This document shows, in pieces, positions 9,537 to 18,171 of a stretch of DNA of 64,000 nucleotides. The stretch comes from an uncultured Alphaproteobacteria bacterium (GTDB lineage: Bacteria; Pseudomonadota; Alphaproteobacteria; RF32; CAG-239). A program made the position numbers and the translations under genes. The stretch is from contig CAKQKH010000001.1 in NCBI GenBank assembly GCA_934248075.1, forward strand, positions 51,771 through 115,770, read 5' to 3'. Within the stretch, counting starts at the first letter, position 1; every line of letters begins with the position of its first letter. The notes under the pieces are model-generated. The model searched no databases. It saw only the letters and a program-made list of their open reading frames with translations, and was not told where the DNA came from.

Positions 9537-10910
9537 ATGACCAAAAATCAGCAGTCTTATTCCCCTATTCTTTACATTATTTCAGCGGTTGCCGCTCTCG
9601 GCGGTTTGCTTTCTGGTTTTGACATGGGCATTATCTCCGGCGCTCTGTTATTTATCAATCAAACCTGGAATATGACTCCTTTAGAGCAAGGCTGGCTGGT
9701 TAGTTCCGCCATTGCCGGTTCGGTTATCGGCGCGGCGGCGAACGGCTATTTGGCAGACATTTACGGCCGCAAAAAAATTATTTTTGCCACCGCGGTAATT
9801 TTTGTCATCGGTTCTTTGTTCTGTGCTTATGCCCAAACCGTAAATCAGCTTATTTTAGCTCGCATAATCATTGGCATAGCTGTTGGTATGGTCAGTTTTG
9901 CTGCGCCTTTGTATTTGTCAGAATTATCACCGCAAAAAATTCGCGGCACTCTGATTTCATTGTTTCAGTTAGCCATTACTGCCGGAATTCTGCTGTCTTA
10001 TTTGGTTAACCGCATATTCGCAACCACGGAATTAAGTTGGCGCCTAATGCTTGGTTCTGGGATAATTCCCGCGGCAATCTTGCTTATCGGCATAAGTTTT
10101 TTGAGCGATACTCCCCGCTGGCTAATCAGCAAAAACCGAGAACAAGAAGCTAAAGATATTTTTCAAAAAATTGAACCAAATTGCAATCCGGATATTCATA
10201 TAAAAGAGATTAGAGAAACGCTTTCAGCTCCCAAAAAAAACGCCAAAACTCCATGGCAAAAGTGGATGTTTATGCCTGTGTTTGTCGGCGTTGGCATCAT
10301 GTTTGTGCAGATTTGCACCGGTATTAATACTATTATTTACTACACTCCCACCATTTTTCAAATTGCCGGTTTTGATTCTCATATCGGCGCCCTATACGCC
10401 ACCATTGGCATTGGTTTCGTAAACTTTATCATGACTATTGTTGCCATTGCCACCATAGATCGCCTTGGCCGCAAACCGCTTTTATATATCGGGCTGTGCG
10501 GAATGCTCATAAGTCTGTTGGCTCTAGGTGGTTCATTTGCTTGGGCTGAAGATTTGGGCGATACGCGCAAATGGTTGGCGGTTGCGGCCGTAGTTATTTA
10601 CATTGCCTCTTTTGCCATGAGTCTCGGACCGGTAGCCTGGATTATGATTTCCGAGATTATGCCTTTGCAGGTACGCGGATTGGCCATGAGCGCCGCCACT
10701 GTATCCAACTTTGGTTTCAACTTTGTAGTTGTCTTAAGTTTTCTGCCTTTGCTCAACCTCATTGGTAAAGCCGCCACTTTCTGGTGTTTTGCCGGCATCA
10801 CCGTTTTTTCAATTTTGTTTGTATTCCGTTTTGTCCCCGAAACCAAAGGAATTTCGCTTGAACAAATTGAAAAAAACTGGAAAAAAGGTATATCGGCTCG
10901 CAAATTTTAA
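9537..10910 (+). CDS. MFS transporter, sugar-porter family
   Basis: 457 aa and about 12 TM segments. Sugar-porter signatures GFDMGIISGAL, GRKK, PLYLSELSPQKIRG, PRWL, DRLGRKPLL and PETKG. Confidence 0.85.
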   Translation: MTKNQQSYSPILYIISAVAALGGLLSGFDMGIISGALLFINQTWNMTPLEQGWLVSSAIAGSVIGAAANGYLADIYGRKKIIFATAVIFVIGSLFCAYAQTVNQLILARIIIGIAVGMVSFAAPLYLSELSPQKIRGTLISLFQLAITAGILLSYLVNRIFATTELSWRLMLGSGIIPAAILLIGISFLSDTPRWLISKNREQEAKDIFQKIEPNCNPDIHIKEIRETLSAPKKNAKTPWQKWMFMPVFVGVGIMFVQICTGINTIIYYTPTIFQIAGFDSHIGALYATIGIGFVNFIMTIVAIATIDRLGRKPLLYIGLCGMLISLLALGGSFAWAEDLGDTRKWLAVAAVVIYIASFAMSLGPVAWIMISEIMPLQVRGLAMSAATVSNFGFNFVVVLSFLPLLNLIGKAATFWCFAGITVFSILFVFRFVPETKGISLEQIEKNWKKGISARKF

Positions 10911-10927
10911 TATAAGGAACTTGAACT

Positions 10928-12001
10928 ATGAAAATTTTAGTCGGAATGAGCGGCGGCGTAGATTCATCAGCAACCGCTCTGCTGCTCAAACAAGCCGGAC
11001 ACGAAGTCATTGGCGCCACCATGACCATCTGGGATGAAAAAATCCGCCAACTTGCCCCTGGCAGTCGTGATGCCTGCTTTGGCCCCAAGGAAAAACAAGA
11101 CATTGAATCCGCGCGTGAAATCTGCCAAAAACTGGATATTCCATATTATGTTTTTGACTGCCGCGAGCAATACAAAAAACTGGTGTTGAGCAACTTTAAA
11201 CAGGAATATCTTAACGGCCGTACTCCCAATCCCTGCATTTGGTGCAATGCCACTATTAAATTTGAGGCTTTGCCGCGCACCGCCAGAGAAAACGGTTTAG
11301 ATTTTGACAAATTCGCCACCGGCCACTACGCCAGATTAGATTATAATCCCAACAGCAACCGATACTTTTTGCGCACCGCCAAAGACTTGCGCAAAGATCA
11401 GTCTTATTTTATCTACCGCTTGCAACAAGAGCAGCTGGCTAAGATTCTTCTTCCTTTGGGTGAATACAGTAAACCGCAGATTCGCGAGCTTGCCTACCAA
11501 GCCGGCCTAAAAGTTTATGACAAACCCGACAGTCAGGACTTTTATTCCGGCGATTATAGTGATTTGCTAGAAGTTAAAGCCAACCCCGGCAACTTTGTAA
11601 CTAAAGACGGACGAATTCTTGGTCGCCACACCGGCATTTGGAACTATACCATTGGCCAGCGCCGTGGATTAGGCGTGTCATCAGAGCGCCCGTTATATGT
11701 CATCGGTTTCAACAAAGAAAAGAATGAGGTTATATTGGGTCATGAGGAAGAAAGCCTGAAAAAAGGCCTGTTGGCCGGCAACTGCACCTGGATGGATTTT
11801 GAACTACCGACAAAACCTTTTACGGCCACGGCTAAAGTTCGCTCTTCTCAAACTCCCACGCCGGTAACCGTTAGCAAAACCGAAAATGGTATAAAAGTTG
11901 AGTTTATTGATTTGCAAAAAGCCCTCACCCCCGGACAATCCATTGTTCTCTACAATGGCGATATCGTTCTTGGCGGCGGCATCATTGACGAGATTTTATA
12001 A
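10928..12001 (+). CDS. mnmA: tRNA 2-thiouridine(34) synthase MnmA
   Basis: PP-loop VGMSGGVDSS, NPCIWCN, ATGHYAR and KDQSYF motifs. Confidence 0.9.
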   Translation: MKILVGMSGGVDSSATALLLKQAGHEVIGATMTIWDEKIRQLAPGSRDACFGPKEKQDIESAREICQKLDIPYYVFDCREQYKKLVLSNFKQEYLNGRTPNPCIWCNATIKFEALPRTARENGLDFDKFATGHYARLDYNPNSNRYFLRTAKDLRKDQSYFIYRLQQEQLAKILLPLGEYSKPQIRELAYQAGLKVYDKPDSQDFYSGDYSDLLEVKANPGNFVTKDGRILGRHTGIWNYTIGQRRGLGVSSERPLYVIGFNKEKNEVILGHEEESLKKGLLAGNCTWMDFELPTKPFTATAKVRSSQTPTPVTVSKTENGIKVEFIDLQKALTPGQSIVLYNGDIVLGGGIIDEIL

Positions 12002-12065
12002 ATATTTATCTCTTAAAACCGGTAAGCACGGCAAGTAGCACACTAGACACCACCTAGCACTATCT

Positions 12066-12198
12066 TTAGCAAGCTCGGATAGCGTGTGTGAATAATAAGA
12101 TTTTAGGGTAGCGAAAGCGGAGTGTACAACAGAGGTACATGAGCATTTCGCCAACCCGTTAAATCTGTATTAGTCACCAGCTAGACGAGCTTGCCTAA
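12066..12198. ncRNA. Candidate structured RNA / long imperfect hairpin (strand undetermined)
   Basis: TTAGCAAGCTCG (12066-12077) pairs with CGAGCTTGCCTAA (12186-12198). Interior helices are TAGC/GCTA, GTGA/TCAC, TAATA/TATTA, AGATTT/AAATCT, GGGT/ACCC, GCGAAA/TTTCGC, and an apical TGTAC-N7-GTACA. That is about 48 bp in 133 nt, it is more GC-rich than other spacers, and no ORF is present. Confidence 0.3.
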
Positions 12199-12203
12199 TA
12201 CGC

Positions 12204-12905
12204 CTATATTAGATTACCAAAAGTCAATACTAATCCCACAGCCAGCGGTATTGAAAAATTATCATCTATATCAAGCTTGTCTTCATACATTTCAGCCAAA
12301 GTCGCCATAAGGCAGGCAATTACGCTAACCACATTAAACGGATAAAAAAAAGCGCATAACATATTAACGCCCAAAGCGCTCATAAAAAAGGCTGCCGTTC
12401 CCTCAATAGATTTACTTTTGTAGAGTTTTCTGGTGCCATAAGCTTTGCCAAACAAGGCCGCGGCGGTATCGGATATCAACATAACCGTCAAAGCTATAAC
12501 TGCAACCGGCTTAGAAAACAAGACCGTACAGATTATCGCCGCCGCCAACACATACATTGATCCGGTAGGCTGAAATCTGGCGCGTACAGTTTCTTTATTT
12601 CGCAAGGTTTTAGCAAAGAATCTGGCAAAAATCCATCTTGCCCAAAGATAGCGACGGTAGTTGGCATATTCCACAATCACATCGCCAAGCAGCAAGAATG
12701 CAAACAAAGCCACCGAAACACCGGAATGAGCCAAATAGATAAATAGCGGAATCCACAATGAGCTGAGGTGAATGGCCTTGCGATAGAACTCTTTTTTCAA
12801 AGACTTATCAATATGCAGACCGACATATCCCGCCGGATTAATCAAATAATTACGCAAAGAATTAAGTCTTTTCTTCCATTGAACATTGCGATTAAATTTT
12901 AACAT
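12204..12905 (-). CDS. Polytopic membrane protein of the CTP-dependent polyprenol/diacylglycerol kinase (phosphatidate cytidylyltransferase-like) family
   Basis: 233 aa and about 6 TM segments. ISDTAAALFGKAYGTRK...KSIEGTAAFF resembles the D..A...G...G / KS.EG motifs of the CTP_transf_1 / dolichol-phytol kinase families. Confidence 0.55.
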   Translation of the reverse strand: MLKFNRNVQWKKRLNSLRNYLINPAGYVGLHIDKSLKKEFYRKAIHLSSLWIPLFIYLAHSGVSVALFAFLLLGDVIVEYANYRRYLWARWIFARFFAKTLRNKETVRARFQPTGSMYVLAAAIICTVLFSKPVAVIALTVMLISDTAAALFGKAYGTRKLYKSKSIEGTAAFFMSALGVNMLCAFFYPFNVVSVIACLMATLAEMYEDKLDIDDNFSIPLAVGLVLTFGNLI

Positions 12906-13044
12906 CTTTTGTTCTCGCGCCTATTTACCCAAACACATTAATGCTTATAAACGAACCTATTCATTTAGCAAGCATTTTTTACGCACGCCACTTAAAATTA
13001 CTTTTTCTGAAATTATATTTTTATAAATGATTGAGGAGAATAAA

Positions 13045-13263
13045 ATGTTAAACCGGCTCACTAAAGAATATGGCAATCAACACCACAAAAACGATGATGA
13101 AAAAGATTTTATCGTCCGCACCAAACCCGAAGACCGGATGATCGACTCTTTGCCGGAAAGAGATAATCAATGCGCTTTTGAACGAGATATGTACAACTAC
13201 GGCGATCAAGATGATCTGCCGGACAGCGACCGCGCCATGGATAAAAGCTGCAAAAACAATTAA
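13045..13263 (+). CDS. Small acidic hypothetical protein
   Basis: 72-aa ORF. The ATG is preceded by GAGGAG at correct spacing. No recognisable domain. Confidence 0.3.
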   Translation: MLNRLTKEYGNQHHKNDDEKDFIVRTKPEDRMIDSLPERDNQCAFERDMYNYGDQDDLPDSDRAMDKSCKNN

Positions 13264-13277
13264 CTTATATAATTTTC

Positions 13278-13303
13278 AAAAAAAATCCCCCGCAAAGCGG
13301 AGG
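13278..13303 (-). terminator. Rho-independent terminator downstream of tRNA-Arg
   Basis: The minus strand reads CCTCCGC-TTT-GCGGGGG followed by a T8 run (plus-strand A-run 13278-13285). Confidence 0.5.
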
Positions 13304-13312
13304 ATTAACAAC

Positions 13313-13389
13313 TGGCGTACCCGGAGGGATTCGAACCCACGACCCTCAGCGTCGGAGGCTGATACTCTATCCAACTGAGCTACGGGTAC
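13313..13389 (-). tRNA. tRNA-Arg (anticodon CCG)
   Basis: The reverse complement is GTACCCGTAGCTCAGTTGGATAGAGTATCAGCCTCCGACGCTGAGGGTCGTGGGTTCGAATCCCTCCGGGTACGCCA. It has a 7-bp acceptor stem, a D-loop AGTTGGATA, an anticodon loop CUCCGAC, a T-loop TTCGAAT and an encoded CCA. There is one U-U mismatch in the T stem. Confidence 0.88.
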
Positions 13390-13484
13390 AACAGACGTCT
13401 TCCTTACTACAACAAAACATAAAAAAAAACAAGTCTAAAAACATTCATCTGAATCCTTCACTTCTGGTTTTTCAAAAAAAAACC

Positions 13485-13513
13485 TTGACTTTCATAGATT
13501 TTATATGTATTAA
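13485..13513 (+). promoter_or_regulatory. Candidate sigma70-type promoter for rpmB
   Basis: TTGACT (13485-13490), a 17-nt spacer, then TATTAA (13508-13513), about 35 nt upstream of the rpmB ATG. Motif match only. Confidence 0.35.
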
Positions 13514-13546
13514 AAGGCAACTAGTTTTGATAAAAGGATTATAAAA

Positions 13547-13834
13547 ATGGCTAAAAAATGTGATATTTCCGGCACCGGCGTACAGAGTGGCAACAACGTC
13601 AGCCACGCCAACAACAAATCTCGTCGTCGTTTTCTGCCGAATTTGCAGGTTGTTTCTCTGTTGAGCGACACCCTTGGTAAAATCTTCAAACTCAAAGTTT
13701 GCTCCAAAACTTTGCGTTCAATCGAACACAACGGCGGTTTGGATTCCTATTTGGAATCTACTTCTAACTCTAAGCTGACAGATGAAGCTAAAAAGATTAA
13801 GAAGTCAATTGCCAAAAAGAAAGCTGCTAAATAA
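13547..13834 (+). CDS. rpmB: 50S ribosomal protein L28
   Basis: MAKKCDISGTGVQSGNNVSHANNKSRRRFLPNLQ is the canonical L28 N-terminus. Confidence 0.92.
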   Translation: MAKKCDISGTGVQSGNNVSHANNKSRRRFLPNLQVVSLLSDTLGKIFKLKVCSKTLRSIEHNGGLDSYLESTSNSKLTDEAKKIKKSIAKKKAAK

Positions 13835-13858
13835 TAATAAAATACCATAAGCTTTTCA

Positions 13859-13886
13859 GCCCCGTCTCAATGACGGGGTTTTCTTT
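13859..13886 (+). terminator. Rho-independent terminator after rpmB
   Basis: Stem CCCCGTC (13859-13865), loop TCAAT, stem GACGGGG (13871-13877), then TTTTCTTT. Confidence 0.6.
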
Positions 13887-14001
13887 ATCTATCCAAAAGT
13901 TATCCCCGTTATCCCCATTATTAACAGGCCTGTTCCTTGGTCTTTTATTTTTTTGTTGTTATAACCGAGTCAAATCATAATTCTTTTGAACTGCAAAAAA
14001 C

Positions 14002-15477
14002 ATGGAAACACCGGAAATAACATCTCTTCCCCAGAATATCGAGGCCGAACAGGCTCTGCTTGGCGCGATTTTAGCCAACAACAAGGCTTTTGAAAAAGTA
14101 TCGGAATTCTTAAAACCGCAGCATTTTGCCGATTCTATGCACGCCAAAATTTTTGATGTTATATCCAAACTCATCACACGCGGCCATGTTGCAGATGTTA
14201 TCACTCTTAAAAATTACTTTGAGCAAGACGGAACTCTAAACGATGTCGGCGGCATAAAATATTTGGTCAAACTTTCTGATTCCGCCACCCCCCTTACCAA
14301 CGCCGAATATTACGCGCAGTTCATTTATGATAAATATTTGCGCCGAGAATTGATTGCCACCGGTTTTGATATCGTCAACAACGCCACCAAAGAAGACATC
14401 GATTCCGACGCATCAGAGCAAATCGAAGAAGCTGAAAAAAGACTGTTTGAACTATCCAATCAGGGCGACATAAATGGTGGCTTTGTTGATTTTTCCGACG
14501 CTTTGACATCATCTTTGTCACACATTGAACAAGCCTATCAAAAAGACGGAAAAATCTCCGGCCTGCCCACCGCGCTTGATGCCTTAGACAACAAAACCGG
14601 CGGCTTAAACAACTCAGACCTTATCATTATCGCCGGCCGTCCGGCAATGGGCAAAACCGCTCTAGCCACCAACATTGCTTACAATGTCGCCGAATATATG
14701 ATGCATGCCAAAGACTTAGATGAAAAATCCAAAGGTGTGGCATTCTTTTCGCTGGAAATGTCGGCCGACCAGCTGGCCTCGCGTATTCTCTCCACCGTTA
14801 CCCAGACCAATGGCCACAAAATGCGCACCGGAGAATTGGATAACGCCGAATTCACCCGCATCGCCGCCGCTGTGCGCGAGCTGGAAAAAATTCCTCTTTA
14901 TATTGACGATACCCCAGGTCTCAACATCAATTCCATTCGTACCCGCGCCCGCCGTCTCAAACGCAACAAAGGCCTGGGCTGCATAGTAATTGACTACATT
15001 CAACTAATCAGCGGCACCGGCTCCAAACGTTCCGAGGGCAACCGCGTGCAGGAATTGTCCGAAATTTCCCGCGGCTTGAAAATTTTGGCCAAAGAACTAA
15101 ATCTTCCGGTAATCGCGTTATCACAATTAAACCGCGGCGTAGAGCAACGTGATGATAAACGTCCGGTAATGTCTGACTTGCGTGAATCCGGATCAATTGA
15201 GCAAGATGCCGATATTGTAATGTTTGTTTACCGCGAACATTATTATTTACAAAATGAAGAACCGCAGCAAAAGCCTTCCGAAACGCCCGAGCATTTGCAA
15301 AAACGCATGGAAGAATGGGAAGCCCGCAAACGCGCCACTCAAAATGTTGCCGAGGTTATCATCGGCAAGCAGCGTCACGGCCCCACCGGCACGGTTCAAC
15401 TGTTTTGGAATGGCGATTATGCTCAATTCGGCAATCTTGCCAAAGAAGAATATCTGCCTGAGCGTATAGGAGATTAA
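14002..15477 (+). CDS. dnaB: Replicative DNA helicase DnaB
   Basis: N-terminal PQNIEAEQALLGAIL, Walker A GRPAMGKTALA, FSLEMS, IDYIQL and SQLNR motifs. Confidence 0.92.
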   Translation: METPEITSLPQNIEAEQALLGAILANNKAFEKVSEFLKPQHFADSMHAKIFDVISKLITRGHVADVITLKNYFEQDGTLNDVGGIKYLVKLSDSATPLTNAEYYAQFIYDKYLRRELIATGFDIVNNATKEDIDSDASEQIEEAEKRLFELSNQGDINGGFVDFSDALTSSLSHIEQAYQKDGKISGLPTALDALDNKTGGLNNSDLIIIAGRPAMGKTALATNIAYNVAEYMMHAKDLDEKSKGVAFFSLEMSADQLASRILSTVTQTNGHKMRTGELDNAEFTRIAAAVRELEKIPLYIDDTPGLNINSIRTRARRLKRNKGLGCIVIDYIQLISGTGSKRSEGNRVQELSEISRGLKILAKELNLPVIALSQLNRGVEQRDDKRPVMSDLRESGSIEQDADIVMFVYREHYYLQNEEPQQKPSETPEHLQKRMEEWEARKRATQNVAEVIIGKQRHGPTGTVQLFWNGDYAQFGNLAKEEYLPERIGD

Positions 15478-15479
15478 TC

Positions 15480-15704
15480 ATGCCCAATAATTTTCTCAAC
15501 TTGCTTATCTATGTTGTAGCTGCTTCAATCGGCATTGCTGCTCTCATTACTCTGATTGCTCTGGGAGCCACAATTTTTGCGGTTGTTTTTGCTTATGTAT
15601 TTATTCCGTTGTTTATTTTAGCCGGTTTGCGTTGGCTCTGGATCAGATATTATCTTGCCAAACACCCCAAAATTGAGTATTTTAAAGACGATAATAATTT
15701 TTAA
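15480..15704 (+). CDS. Small two-TM membrane protein, hypothetical
   Basis: 74-aa hydrophobic ORF starting 3 nt after the dnaB stop. Confidence 0.4.
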   Translation: MPNNFLNLLIYVVAASIGIAALITLIALGATIFAVVFAYVFIPLFILAGLRWLWIRYYLAKHPKIEYFKDDNNF

Positions 15705-15714
15705 GCCTACGAAT

Positions 15715-16155
15715 ATGACAGCCAAACCATTCTGGAAAACCAAAAAGCCTGAACAATTCACCCCCGAAGAATGGGAATCTGTTTGCATGCACTGCGGACG
15801 TTGTTGTCTGATTAAACTGCAAAATGAAGATGACAACGAAATTTATGAAACCAACGTTGTTTGTCGCTATCATAATTGCAACAATCATCTCTGCACAGAG
15901 TACTCTCGACGCCACGAACTTGTTCCAACCTGCCTAAAGCTAAACCCTAAAAATATTGGCAGTTTAGAGTGGATTCCCGATACTTGTGCCTATTATATTT
16001 TGGCGCGCACCGGAACCCTCCCCGCGTGGCACCCTCTGGTCAGTGGCAAACCTCTTCCAGCTGAGTTTAAAATACCGGCGACGGTTGTAAGCGAACTTTT
16101 GGTACCAGAAGATGAACTTGAAGATCACATCATTGAGGACGAAGATGATGACTGA
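15715..16155 (+). CDS. YcgN-like (UPF0260) Cys-cluster protein, copy 1
   Basis: PFWKTKKPEQFTPEEWESVCMHCGRCCLIKLQNEDDNEIYETNVVCRY...C..Y..R...VP.C follows the YcgN pattern. ATG 15715 is preferred over track start 15655, which overlaps the previous ORF. Confidence 0.7.
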   Translation: MTAKPFWKTKKPEQFTPEEWESVCMHCGRCCLIKLQNEDDNEIYETNVVCRYHNCNNHLCTEYSRRHELVPTCLKLNPKNIGSLEWIPDTCAYYILARTGTLPAWHPLVSGKPLPAEFKIPATVVSELLVPEDELEDHIIEDEDDD

Positions 16156-16648
16156 TGACTGGCTTGACAAGCCCTATGATCCGCAATCGCGTTTTGCCGA
16201 TATCTCAGATGTCGAACCTGAATTTTGGAAAAAGAAAAAACTATCTCAAATGTCCAAACGCGAATGGGAGCTGCTTTGCGACGGTTGCGGCAAGTGTTGT
16301 CTTAATAAACTTGAGATTCGAGGACAAATCAAGTTTACAAACACCGTATGTCGTTTTTTAGATTGCCATAATTGCCTTTGCAAAATTTACAATCATCGTT
16401 TTGAACAAGTGCCTGATTGCCGAGACATCACTCTTTCCGCAGTGAGAGAAAAACCGCGATGGCTGCCCAAAACCTGCGCCTATTGGCTGCTTGACAACGG
16501 CTATGACCTGCCAAACTGGCACCCGCTTATCACTGGCCGCGCCGCTTCTGTGCATGAGGCCGATATGTCGTTGCAAAAACGCCACGTCATCAATGAATCC
16601 GGAGTAAACGACTATGAAGATCACCTTGTTGACTGGCCGGACCTTTGA
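16145..16648 (+). CDS. YcgN-like (UPF0260) Cys-cluster protein, copy 2
   Basis: EFWKKKKLSQMSKREWELLCDGCGKCCLNKLE...FTNTVCRFLD...CKIYNHRFEQVPDC...NWHPLITG. The ATG at 16145 overlaps the stop of copy 1. Confidence 0.7.
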   Translation: MMTDDWLDKPYDPQSRFADISDVEPEFWKKKKLSQMSKREWELLCDGCGKCCLNKLEIRGQIKFTNTVCRFLDCHNCLCKIYNHRFEQVPDCRDITLSAVREKPRWLPKTCAYWLLDNGYDLPNWHPLITGRAASVHEADMSLQKRHVINESGVNDYEDHLVDWPDL

Positions 16649-17321
16649 TTTTTCCGCCGAACTTGGCTTTGATATAAAGGTTGTTAAATCACCCTTGGCC
16701 AAACGGCTGACCTTGCGTATAGATGAAAAAAACCGCATACCCGTGCTAACTTTGCCTCGCTATTGTTCTTCGCGCAAAGCGCTGGAGTTTGTAGATAATC
16801 ATCGTGATTGGATTCAAAATATGTTGGCTCGAATTCCCGCCGCCAGACACTTTGAAAACGGCGAAAGCATTTCCGTTATGGGACAAAGAGTCATCATCTC
16901 GCACAACCCCAAACAGCGCGGTGCTGTTTTACAGGACGGATTTCTAATCATCGGCGGCGAGCCTGAATTTTTACATCGGCGAGTTTGCGATTTTCTCAAA
17001 AAACGCGCCGCCAAAGAGCTATACAAGCTATCCCAGCTCAAAGCCAAACAAATTGATTGTTCTGTTCATAACGTTGCGCTTAAAGACACCAAATCGCGCT
17101 GGGGCAGTTGTTCCAGCAAATCTAACATTAACTACAACTGGCGAATTGTTTTAGCTCCTGCTCACGTTATAGATTATCTTGTCAGCCACGAGGTTGCTCA
17201 CCTTGCGCACCCTGATCATTCGTCATCTTTTTGGGATTGCGTGGCTTTTTTATGCCCAGACTATGAAAATGGTCGCCGATGGCTCAAAATCCGCGGCAAA
17301 GAACTTTATCGCTGGATGTAA
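16614..17321 (+). CDS. YgjP-like (DUF45/M48-related) metal-dependent hydrolase
   Basis: KSRWGSCSSKSNINYNWRIVLAPAHVIDYLVSHEVAHLAHPDHSSSFW contains the HExxH...H signature of the family. Confidence 0.8.
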   Translation: MKITLLTGRTFDFSAELGFDIKVVKSPLAKRLTLRIDEKNRIPVLTLPRYCSSRKALEFVDNHRDWIQNMLARIPAARHFENGESISVMGQRVIISHNPKQRGAVLQDGFLIIGGEPEFLHRRVCDFLKKRAAKELYKLSQLKAKQIDCSVHNVALKDTKSRWGSCSSKSNINYNWRIVLAPAHVIDYLVSHEVAHLAHPDHSSSFWDCVAFLCPDYENGRRWLKIRGKELYRWM

Positions 17322-17396
17322 CTGATTGCTGTTGATTTTACCCCATTCTTTTCCTATATTGATAACAGAGTAAACTTTACAAAAAAGGAAAACCTA

Positions 17397-18125
17397 ATGG
17401 AAAACAAAACTTATTCCCGCGCACAATCAACTGTTTCTGTTGATGAAGGACTTCGTTCTTATATGATTAAGGTGTACAATTTTATGGCCGCCGGTTTATG
17501 TCTTACAGCCCTTAGCGCCTACCTTGTAGCCAACACATCTTTATTGGGACTGTTTTTTAGCTTTAATCCGGCCGGACAAGTAACAGGCATGTCTGGTTTT
17601 GGCTGGCTGATGTTTATTGCCCCGCTGATTATGGTTTTTGCTTTCGGTTGGGTCGTCAATCGCGGAACAGCTTCTCAGGCACAAACCTTGTTTTGGTCAT
17701 ACGCCGCGGTTATGGGCGTGTCTTTGACCCCGATTCTTCTGATATACACCGGAGCCAGCATTGCTCGTGTATTTTTGGTTACGGCCGGAACTTTCGGCGC
17801 CATGAGCCTATATGGCTACACCACCAAACGCGACCTCACCGCCATGGGATCATTTTTAATCATGGGACTATGGGGCATAATCATTGCAATGATTGTTAAC
17901 TTTTTCATGAACAGCGCCGGCCTTGAATATGCCATTTCTATTTTGGCCGTGGTTATTTTTGTTGGCCTAACCGCCTTTGACACCCAGCGCATTCGCGATA
18001 TCTATATGAGTACCGATAATGATGAAATTCTTACCAAAAAAGCTCTCATGGGCGCCCTGAGCTTATATCTTGATTTCATCAATCTGTTTATTTATCTAAT
18101 GCGTTTTATGGGCGACCGTCGCTAA
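17397..18125 (+). CDS. Bax inhibitor-1/YccA family membrane protein
   Basis: 242 aa and about 7 TM segments. It has the N-terminal DEGLRSYMIKVYNFMAAGL and the C-terminal LYLDFINLFIYLMRF typical of BI-1/YccA. Confidence 0.85.
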   Translation: MENKTYSRAQSTVSVDEGLRSYMIKVYNFMAAGLCLTALSAYLVANTSLLGLFFSFNPAGQVTGMSGFGWLMFIAPLIMVFAFGWVVNRGTASQAQTLFWSYAAVMGVSLTPILLIYTGASIARVFLVTAGTFGAMSLYGYTTKRDLTAMGSFLIMGLWGIIIAMIVNFFMNSAGLEYAISILAVVIFVGLTAFDTQRIRDIYMSTDNDEILTKKALMGALSLYLDFINLFIYLMRFMGDRR

Positions 18126-18133
18126 TCAACCAT

Positions 18134-18171
18134 CAAAAAAATCCTGCCTTATCACAAGGCAGGATTTTTTT
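18134..18171. terminator. Bidirectional rho-independent terminator
   Basis: A6, then ATCCTGCCTT (18141-18150), loop ATCAC, AAGGCAGGAT (18156-18165), then T6. It sits between two convergent genes. Confidence 0.65.

Noticed and set aside
12002-12203. Identifying the structured spacer as 6S RNA, tmRNA or RNase P RNA.
   Set aside because: By eye it lacks a 6S-type large central bubble, tRNA-like termini or a tag ORF (tmRNA), and the size and conserved P4 elements of RNase P. It is therefore reported only as an unclassified structured element.
13313-13389. Possible tRNA pseudogene, because of a U-U mismatch in the T stem, or an integration hotspot.
   Set aside because: All other stems, the conserved D and T loops, the anticodon loop and the encoded CCA are intact, and a terminator follows. 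No mobile-element genes flank it.
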